Source: Candidatus Nomurabacteria bacterium (GTDB lineage: Bacteria; Patescibacteriota; Minisyncoccia; Phycocordibacterales; UBA2100). Taken from it: a DNA stretch of 64,000 bases. Below the pieces are notes generated by a model. It did no database searches and was not told the origin of the DNA. It saw only the letters and a list, made by a program, of their open reading frames with translations. The DNA lies in the NCBI GenBank assembly GCA_943356775.1, contig CALRFU010000005.1, forward strand, positions 11,671 to 75,670. The letters are read 5' to 3'. Below, one piece after another: positions 57,719-64,000 of the stretch (positions are counted from its first letter, which is position 1; each line of letters begins with the position of its first letter). The translations under genes and the position numbers were made by a program.

Positions 57719-59077
57719 CTACTTACCTTCGAGAATATCAATATCCGCTTGATACTCGTCGGCGTATCCCATGACGCCGTTGCCGTAGAACGCGTACGCC
57801 GGCCTCGAAGCGTTGCCCCACCCGGCAAAGTAGCGGAGTGCGGCAAGCCGCTCCGACGCGCGCGTTCTTCCGTCCGCGCCGTTGTCGGCCATGAGGAGTG
57901 CGGTCGCGAATATCGCGGTGCGCGCACTCCACGGATTGGGCGGATTTTGTCCGGTGGTATCCGCAAGCCTGTCCTTGTAAAGCATCCAGGTGGACGGAAT
58001 AAATTGTGCGGGTCCCATAGCCCCTCCATAGCCGCTTGACTGTGGACACGATACGACTTGTGCGAACGGGTCGAGACCGAGCTCGGCGGTGACTGCCATA
58101 AAGGGATCGACATCACGCGAGCCTTTCATAACCTGATTAAAAGCCCGTCCAGTATTCTTTCCTTTGCCGTCGCCCTTGTTGGGAGAATTGGTGAGCAAAC
58201 ACAGTCCCACATTCTCACCCAGGTTTGTCTCCTGCCGGAGAACTCCCAGAATGAGAGCGGGGCGGACTCCCGTTTGCTCCGATGCCTCTTTGGCATATTG
58301 GTACGCGGTACCGAACGGAATGGCGCCAGCGTCCCGCAGGCCGAAGAGCGCCGCGCGGATTGCACCCGCCTGTTTTTTCTTTTCCGTTATCAGTTGCTGA
58401 TAGGTCTTTTCCTGACCCTTCGTTGCGGAGAGAATAGATTGCTTTTTCTTCTCGTCTTCAAGCACCGCCTGCTTCGCCAAGACCTGCACCTGTCTCACCT
58501 TCTTCGCCTCGTCCTCTTTGTCTTCGAGTGCCGCCTTATGGCCCGAAAGATCCTGGCGCAAAGCCGCCATTTCGATGAAAGACTCCCCGAGCGCTTTTTG
58601 TATCGACTGGAAGTCGTCTATATCCTGAAAGAATTCTTCGAGGCTCTCGCCGAGCGCGAGTTGCGTGAGGGAAACGTCGTCGATTTCACGGGTACGCCGC
58701 AGGAGCTGCGCGAGTGATTCCTCGCTGCGGGCGACTTTTGCGTCGATTTGTACGATTGCCTTCAGCTTTTCGGTGATATTCCCCTTGATCTGGGAGAGCG
58801 CAAGATCACTCTGTTTTATATTGAGCTGCGCAATGCGTATCTTATTGTCGAGTATTTTAATATCGCGCTCGAGCGTAGTGCGCTCCGCCTGCAAAGTGCT
58901 CAAGGTGCCCTGATTGTTGGCAATATCTTTTTCTATCTGGTCAAGCTGCGCTTGAAGAGCGGCACGCTCTTCGACACTTGTCGCGGCTCCCACGCCGTGA
59001 GGCATGAGCATAAGCCCCGCGCATACGAGCACAACAAAAAAACTAATCCGCATGGGACCGGGACGCATAATCTGCAA
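57719..59077 (-). CDS. Secreted coiled-coil protein with a C-terminal lytic transglycosylase (SLT/MltB-like) domain
   Basis: Signal peptide ([21 protein letters not shown]), about 230 aa of coiled coil, then RQETNLG...[13 protein letters not shown] resembling SLT catalytic Glu and GLMQxMPxT motifs. Confidence 0.6.
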   Translation of the reverse strand: MQIMRPGPMRISFFVVLVCAGLMLMPHGVGAATSVEERAALQAQLDQIEKDIANNQGTLSTLQAERTTLERDIKILDNKIRIAQLNIKQSDLALSQIKGNITEKLKAIVQIDAKVARSEESLAQLLRRTREIDDVSLTQLALGESLEEFFQDIDDFQSIQKALGESFIEMAALRQDLSGHKAALEDKEDEAKKVRQVQVLAKQAVLEDEKKKQSILSATKGQEKTYQQLITEKKKQAGAIRAALFGLRDAGAIPFGTAYQYAKEASEQTGVRPALILGVLRQETNLGENVGLCLLTNSPNKGDGKGKNTGRAFNQVMKGSRDVDPFMAVTAELGLDPFAQVVSCPQSSGYGGAMGPAQFIPSTWMLYKDRLADTTGQNPPNPWSARTAIFATALLMADNGADGRTRASERLAALRYFAGWGNASRPAYAFYGNGVMGYADEYQADIDILEGK

Positions 59078-59091
59078 GTATAGCAGACGGT

Positions 59092-59742
59092 CTATTCCTT
59101 CTTTTCCCCTTTTGTGGATGCGGCTTCATCTCCACCCGCTTCCGCTACTTTTTCGGTCGTAATGATGGTCTCAGGAGCCGGAGTTATTTCCTCAGACTCT
59201 TCCTTAAATTCAGTAACGGATGCAACTATTTCTTCGGCATCCGTGACAAGTGTCGCGCTCGGAGGAAGTACGATTTGATCGGCCGTAATGTGATCACCGA
59301 CATTCACGAGCTTGGTGAGGTCGACAGGAAGGTGGTGAGGAAGCTCGGCAGCTGCAACTTCAATCTCAACCTCGTGGAGAGCTTTCACAATGATGTGTCC
59401 GGATTTTTCCGCCGGAGCAGTTCCCTCGAATTCGAGCGGTACGCTTATATTGATTTTCTTGCCTTTCTCGAGAACATAGAAATCCGCGTGCAAAAGTTGA
59501 CCGTTTACCGGATGGAATTGCGTATCATGAATGAGTGTATCCTTATCCTCGCCGAGACCTTTCAAGGTGACGATGGTCGTCTCTCCCGCCTCGCGCCACA
59601 CTGAAGCAAGCTTGCGTGCATCAATAGAAATAGCTGTTGCAGCTTCTTTTGGACCGTAAAAAACGGCCGGTACGGCGCCATTCTTGCGCAGCGTATCTGC
59701 GGATTCGTTTTCCACGCGAGCTTTGACTTCAAGCGTTAACAT
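59092..59742 (-). CDS. rplY: 50S ribosomal protein L25 / general stress protein Ctc
   Basis: L25 N-domain (VKARVENESADTLRKNGAVPAVFYG) plus a Ctc-type C-terminal domain and an acidic tail. Confidence 0.88.
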   Translation of the reverse strand: MLTLEVKARVENESADTLRKNGAVPAVFYGPKEAATAISIDARKLASVWREAGETTIVTLKGLGEDKDTLIHDTQFHPVNGQLLHADFYVLEKGKKINISVPLEFEGTAPAEKSGHIIVKALHEVEIEVAAAELPHHLPVDLTKLVNVGDHITADQIVLPPSATLVTDAEEIVASVTEFKEESEEITPAPETIITTEKVAEAGGDEAASTKGEKKE

Positions 59743-59782
59743 GGGCAGCAGTATACCTATTTTCCTTCACCACGCAACTAAA

Positions 59783-59913
59783 AGCACGCCGCCGCAGCTA
59801 CGCCGAGGAACCTCGCGCAGCAAACATAAGAGATGCTGTTACATATAGTAGTGGTGATTCTATCCACTATTCATCGGAGGGAAAGTTCAACGGCGTAGCT
59901 GCGGCGGCGTGCT
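59783..59913. repeat. MITE-like unit: 23-bp perfect inverted repeats separated by 84 nt
   Basis: AGCACGCCGCCGCAGCTACGCCG at 59783..59806 and its exact reverse complement at 59891..59913, in the divergent rplY / pfkB-kinase intergenic region. Confidence 0.75.
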
Positions 59914-59968
59914 AAAATAAGGGGCCGCGTTTCAAAGGACGGTACGCGGCATAATTTCGCAAAATCAC

Positions 59969-60952
59969 ATGAAATACGATTTCGTCGCCATCGGCGACAT
60001 TACGACAGACGCTTTTATAAAATTGAGGGACGCCGAAGAGCTCATGAATCACGGCACGCGCCAACTGTGCGTGCGCTTCGCGGACAAAGTCCCCTTCGAA
60101 GAAATGATTGAGATTCGCGCAGTGGGCAACGCGGCGAACGCCGCCGTTTCTGCTCAGCGCATCGGGCTTTCTTCGGCACTTATCGCGCGCGTGGGTGATG
60201 ACGAGAACGGCGTACACTGCCGGGAAACGCTCAAAGGCAACGGCGTATCGGATGAATACGTGGAGACGCAAAAAGGGCTTGCTACCAATTATCATTACGT
60301 CCTCATGTTTGGTGCAGAGCGTACGATTCTGGTAAAACAAACGCCCTTTAAATACGCGCTGCCCGCTTTCTCGGAGCCACCCCGCTATATCTATCTCACT
60401 TCACTCGGTGAAAGCGCCAAGGAATTTCATCATGAGGTAGCGAGATATTGTGCCGAGCATCCAGAAACCAAACTCGCCTTCCAGCCCGGGACGTTCCAAA
60501 TAAAGCTCGGCGCAGAAGAGCTCAAGGATGTATATGCGGTGACTGAGATATTCTTCTGCAACAAAGAAGAAGCGCAGACAATACTAAAGACCCAGGAAAC
60601 CGATATCAAAAAGCTTATGGAGGGCTTGCGCGTGCTTGGGCCAAAGACAGTCGTCGTCACCGACGGACCAAACGGCTCGAACATCCTCGATGAAAGCGGA
60701 GCATGGCATGTCCCAATGTATCCAGACCCCGCACCACCAGTTTCGCGCACAGGCGCAGGAGATGCGACCGCATCCACCACCGTTTCGTTCATCCACTTGG
60801 GATTGCCGGCGGGCGAAGCGCTCTTGCGTGGCGTCATCAACGCCGCCTCCGTCGTGCAGGGAATCGGCGCACAGACCAAACTCCTCACCCGCGCGGAGAT
60901 AGAAGAATGGTACGCCAAGCGCCCCGCGGATTTCCGAGCGACACAACTCTAG
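59969..60952 (+). CDS. PfkB-family carbohydrate kinase (ribokinase-like)
   Basis: N-terminal FVAIGDITTD, NAANAAVSAQRIG, C-terminal RTGAGDATAS (pfkB signature 2). Confidence 0.8.
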   Translation: MKYDFVAIGDITTDAFIKLRDAEELMNHGTRQLCVRFADKVPFEEMIEIRAVGNAANAAVSAQRIGLSSALIARVGDDENGVHCRETLKGNGVSDEYVETQKGLATNYHYVLMFGAERTILVKQTPFKYALPAFSEPPRYIYLTSLGESAKEFHHEVARYCAEHPETKLAFQPGTFQIKLGAEELKDVYAVTEIFFCNKEEAQTILKTQETDIKKLMEGLRVLGPKTVVVTDGPNGSNILDESGAWHVPMYPDPAPPVSRTGAGDATASTTVSFIHLGLPAGEALLRGVINAASVVQGIGAQTKLLTRAEIEEWYAKRPADFRATQL

Positions 60953-60957
60953 AAAAG

Positions 60958-61968
60958 TCACTTCCGCACAATCACTTTTTTCACTGCCTCTACGATGTGC
61001 GAGGAGCCCATGCCGTAGTGCTCTATCAATTCCTTGGGTTCGCCTGATTGTCCGAATTGGTCGTGCATGCCGATAAATTCAATCGGCAAAGGGCATTCTT
61101 GTGCGAGCAATTCGGCAATCGCTGAGCCAAAACCGCCCATTATCTGGTGTTCTTCAACGGTGACGACGGCACCCGCCGCACGCGCTTCACGAAGAATCGT
61201 TTCTGTATCGAGCGGTTTTATCGTGTGCACATTGGTGACCGAGACGGCGACGCCTTCTCCTTCGAGCTGCCGCGCAGCGACGAGCGACTGATAGAGAAGG
61301 TGCCCGGTCGCAAAAATAGCTACCTGTGGCGTAACTGACTTGCCCTGAGCATCGTCGAAGGGTTTCCACACGACATTTGCCTTCCCTATCTCAAAGGGCG
61401 TATCAGGCGTTGTCATAATCGGTGTCTTGTCGCGCCCCCACCGCATATAGACGGGCTTCCCGAGCTTCGCGGCAGCGACCGTCGCCTTACGTCCTTCTTC
61501 TGAATCGCATGCAGAAATCACAGTAAAGTGCGGAATGGAACGCATGAGTGCCATGTCTTCAAGTGCCTGATGTGTGGCGCCATCGGGGCCGACGGAAACG
61601 CCCGCGTGCATACCGCAAACGATGACGGGAACGTTGTTGATGCCGATCGTCGTGCGTATCTGCTCCCAATTCCTCCCAGGGTTGAATGCCGCATACGAGG
61701 TGATGAAAGGGATTTTCCCATAGAGTGCCATGCCCGCTGCGACCGTCGCCATGTTTTGCTCGGCGACGCCGCACTGGATGAAGCGCAGAGGAAATGCCTT
61801 TTGAAAATGATGCGCTTGAGTGGATTCAGCAAGGTCAGCTGTGAGCACGACGACGCGCTCGTCGGCCGTGCCCGCTTCGACCGCGCCCTTGCCAAAGCCC
61901 TCGCGTGTGGAGGCCATCGCGGGCTTGTCAAAAATATTCTCTGCGAGTTTTGCGTCTGGGTTCAACAT
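60958..61968 (-). CDS. Transketolase, C-terminal (pyrimidine-binding) subunit
   Basis: FGKGAVEAG...VVLTADLAEST, FIQCGVAEQNM, ITSYAAFNPGRNWEQIRTT, and the C-terminal domain. Start taken at MLNPD (the ORF track's longer start overlaps the upstream gene). Confidence 0.85.
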   Translation of the reverse strand: MLNPDAKLAENIFDKPAMASTREGFGKGAVEAGTADERVVVLTADLAESTQAHHFQKAFPLRFIQCGVAEQNMATVAAGMALYGKIPFITSYAAFNPGRNWEQIRTTIGINNVPVIVCGMHAGVSVGPDGATHQALEDMALMRSIPHFTVISACDSEEGRKATVAAAKLGKPVYMRWGRDKTPIMTTPDTPFEIGKANVVWKPFDDAQGKSVTPQVAIFATGHLLYQSLVAARQLEGEGVAVSVTNVHTIKPLDTETILREARAAGAVVTVEEHQIMGGFGSAIAELLAQECPLPIEFIGMHDQFGQSGEPKELIEHYGMGSSHIVEAVKKVIVRK

Positions 61969-61969
61969 A

Positions 61970-62830
61970 TTATTTAGTACGCAGCTCTTCCAAAAACGCC
62001 TCGGCTTGTTTATCAGCAGGAATTTTATCAGTCGGGCCTTTGCCTGGCGGCGTACCATGCCAGCGATAATCGCCTTCTATTTCGCGAATACCTTTGCCGG
62101 GAATTGTGTGCGCAAGGATCATCGTCGGTTTTTCACGAATGGCCCTTGCCTCGTCGCACGCGGCGATGAATTGGGGGATGTTGTGCCCATCCACTTCGAT
62201 GACATGCCAATTGAACGCCTCATATTTATCACGCAAAGGCTCGAGCGGCATGATGTCTTCGGTATTGCCATCTATCTGGATGTTGTTGCGGTCCATGATG
62301 ACGGTGAGATTGCTCAATCGGTACTTGCCGGCGAACATTATTCCTTCCCAGGTATTTCCCTCTTCATGCTCCCCGTCAGACGTTGCACAGAAAACGCGAA
62401 AGTCTTTCCCATCCATGCGCGCGGCGTACGCGTAGCCAGACGCCTGCGATACTCCTGAGCCGAGCGGCCCTGAGGTGGTTTCCATACCAGGCAACATGTC
62501 GCGTTCGGGGTGCCCTTGGAGTCGACTTTTGAACTTTCGGAGGGTCAAACATTCTTCTACCGGGAAATAGCCCGCATGCGCCATCGCCGCATAACGGACG
62601 GGAACGATATGGCCGTTGGAAAGTATGAGTCTATCGCGCTCGGCCCAATCTGGATTTTTGGGATCGTGTTTTAAGATACGGAAGTAGAGCGCCGCAAAAA
62701 TGTCCGCCATACCTAAAGGACCGGCCGTGTGTCCCGAACCCGCCGCGACGAGCATCTCGATGATGGTCACACGAATATCGTGCGCATGCTCTCCAAGCTC
62801 GCGTATTTGTTCGTCGGTCAACAGCTCCAT
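61970..62830 (-). CDS. Transketolase, N-terminal (TPP-binding) subunit
   Basis: AGSGHTAGPLGMADIFAALY, ILSNGHIVPVRYAAMAHAGYF, GPLGSGVSQASGYAYA, the split-transketolase arrangement. Confidence 0.88.
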   Translation of the reverse strand: MELLTDEQIRELGEHAHDIRVTIIEMLVAAGSGHTAGPLGMADIFAALYFRILKHDPKNPDWAERDRLILSNGHIVPVRYAAMAHAGYFPVEECLTLRKFKSRLQGHPERDMLPGMETTSGPLGSGVSQASGYAYAARMDGKDFRVFCATSDGEHEEGNTWEGIMFAGKYRLSNLTVIMDRNNIQIDGNTEDIMPLEPLRDKYEAFNWHVIEVDGHNIPQFIAACDEARAIREKPTMILAHTIPGKGIREIEGDYRWHGTPPGKGPTDKIPADKQAEAFLEELRTK

Positions 62831-62834
62831 TGCA

Positions 62835-63515
62835 TCATTCTAACGCATTTTCAGCGATGGTTTTTAGATTTTCGTACGCAATTTTGGGATCTGCGGCTTT
62901 TGCGATGGAGGAACCGGCCGCGAACCGAGTAACTCCGGCGCGCGCCAGTTCAGCTATCGTCTTTTCCGACACTCCGATATCAACTTCGAGTTGCAGCGTG
63001 GGATATTTTTTCTTGGTTGCACGTATCCGCTCTATTACACGCGGGTCAAATTGCGCACCTTGCGCCCCTATCCGTGGCGACGACATAAAACAAAGAAAAT
63101 CACAGAGCGGAATAAATGGATCGAGCGTCTCAAGCGGTGTGTCGAATAATACGGCGAATCCCGCTTCACGAGCACCTGCGGCTTTCCAAGAATTGAGCGT
63201 TTCTCGCGCGTCTTCCACGTCACGAAATGTCTCGACGTGTCCGAACACCGCACGCGCGCCCGCGCGCGCGAATGCACGACCTATCTCGCGCGGATCGTGT
63301 ACCATTAAATGAACTTCGACTTCTAATCCGTTCGCTGTACTAAGGTCAACGGTGCCGAATTCCCCCTTTGCCGTATACGGCCAACATACGATTGGCGTAA
63401 GAATTCCGTCATCGGCGTCGATGTGAAAAAGGTTTGAGAATTTTCGAACGAAAGCGGCTCGTTCTGCCAGCTCCTCAATATCTGCAGGTACCGCAGTCGG
63501 GAATATCTCAATCAT
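62835..63515 (-). CDS. rpe: Ribulose-phosphate 3-epimerase family protein
   Basis: TIM-barrel Rpe-like motifs (LFHIDADDG, EVHLMVHDP, SSPRIGAQGAQF, LEVDIGVS); upstream of the transketolase genes. Confidence 0.7.
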   Translation of the reverse strand: MIEIFPTAVPADIEELAERAAFVRKFSNLFHIDADDGILTPIVCWPYTAKGEFGTVDLSTANGLEVEVHLMVHDPREIGRAFARAGARAVFGHVETFRDVEDARETLNSWKAAGAREAGFAVLFDTPLETLDPFIPLCDFLCFMSSPRIGAQGAQFDPRVIERIRATKKKYPTLQLEVDIGVSEKTIAELARAGVTRFAAGSSIAKAADPKIAYENLKTIAENALE

Positions 63516-63525
63516 GCGCTACGCA

Positions 63526-63996
63526 TTACGGACAAACGTATGTATTAGCGGCAAGTACAGATGTCGTAATCTCGGTCTTGCCGTCGCTGTCGACACAATA
63601 CGAAGAGGTATTGGTGGTCTTGAGAGGGACTTCGATAGCATACGCATCGGCGGAATCATGACAGACGGCCGTCGTATCGTGTACCGATGCCGTGGAATCT
63701 GTGAAGCTGAGTATCGTTGCTCCGCCGGAATTCTTTGCTCCCGTAACCTGAAGAACTATATTTGCGTCCTCGCAGACTCCTTCATAACTATTCGGCACTG
63801 CATTGTCATACACGATTTCGGCCTGAGATTGCAAACTCTTAAGCTGCGACTTTATTGCCGCATCAGCTCCTTTGTTGCGAGCGTTGTTCAATGACGCGAG
63901 AATGACTGAAGAAAGAAGTCCGATGATTGCGATGACGACAAGCAACTCAATAAGAGTGAAACCTTTGCTGCTCCGCACCTTCATCTGTTTGTTCAT
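63526..63996 (-). CDS. Type IV pilin / pseudopilin (class III signal peptide)
   Basis: MNKQMKVRSSKGFTLIELLVVIAIIGLLSSVILA prepilin leader and cleavage motif (G/FTLIE). Confidence 0.85.
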   Translation of the reverse strand: MNKQMKVRSSKGFTLIELLVVIAIIGLLSSVILASLNNARNKGADAAIKSQLKSLQSQAEIVYDNAVPNSYEGVCEDANIVLQVTGAKNSGGATILSFTDSTASVHDTTAVCHDSADAYAIEVPLKTTNTSSYCVDSDGKTEITTSVLAANTYVCP

Positions 63997-64000
63997 ATAT

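Overview
This 64-kb window looks like the genome of a small, gene-dense bacterium with a Gram-positive-like envelope and no outer-membrane signatures. Most of it is conserved housekeeping operons on the minus strand: dnaG-rpoD, rpoB-rpoC, rpsP-KH-trmD, smc, rnc, a nusB-Nudix fusion, rpmF, rnhB, dnaE, thrS, gyrB, pheS-pheT, rpsB-tsf, rpmE-prfA, rplY, split transketolase and rpe. Several of these are shortened forms (PheS 243 aa, SMC 739 aa, ThrRS without an editing domain, DnaE 1055 aa). One tRNA-Thr(UGU) is present; there are no rRNA genes or CRISPR arrays. Accessory material sits between the conserved blocks:
- A roughly 7.9-kb AT-richer island lies between smc and rnc. It carries a tightly coupled three-gene operon of large uncharacterised proteins (561 aa, 336 aa with an internal duplication, and a 1269-aa multi-TM protein), plus a RelB/RelE toxin-antitoxin cassette bracketed by diverged copies of the rnc 3' end.
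- Two paralogous PaaX-like regulator genes are each bracketed by their own cognate palindrome. A third copy of one palindrome sits upstream of a small island of short hypothetical genes.
- A compact element with an IS200-like HUH transposase and 23-bp terminal inverted repeats is inserted at the 3' end of trmD.
- A MITE-like 23-bp inverted-repeat pair lies between rplY and the pfkB kinase.
- A cell-surface cluster (38.3-46.3 kb) holds a sortase, tandem-repeat secreted proteins, a lipoprotein, membrane proteins and a Tat-signal L,D-transpeptidase that is apparently frameshifted.
- Other notable features are a T-box leader on thrS, a 50-nt 5' element shared by thrS and the pfkB kinase, a 38-bp perfect palindrome and a NusB-Nudix fusion.
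Every call rests on by-eye motif recognition in the supplied ORF translations; no searches were run.
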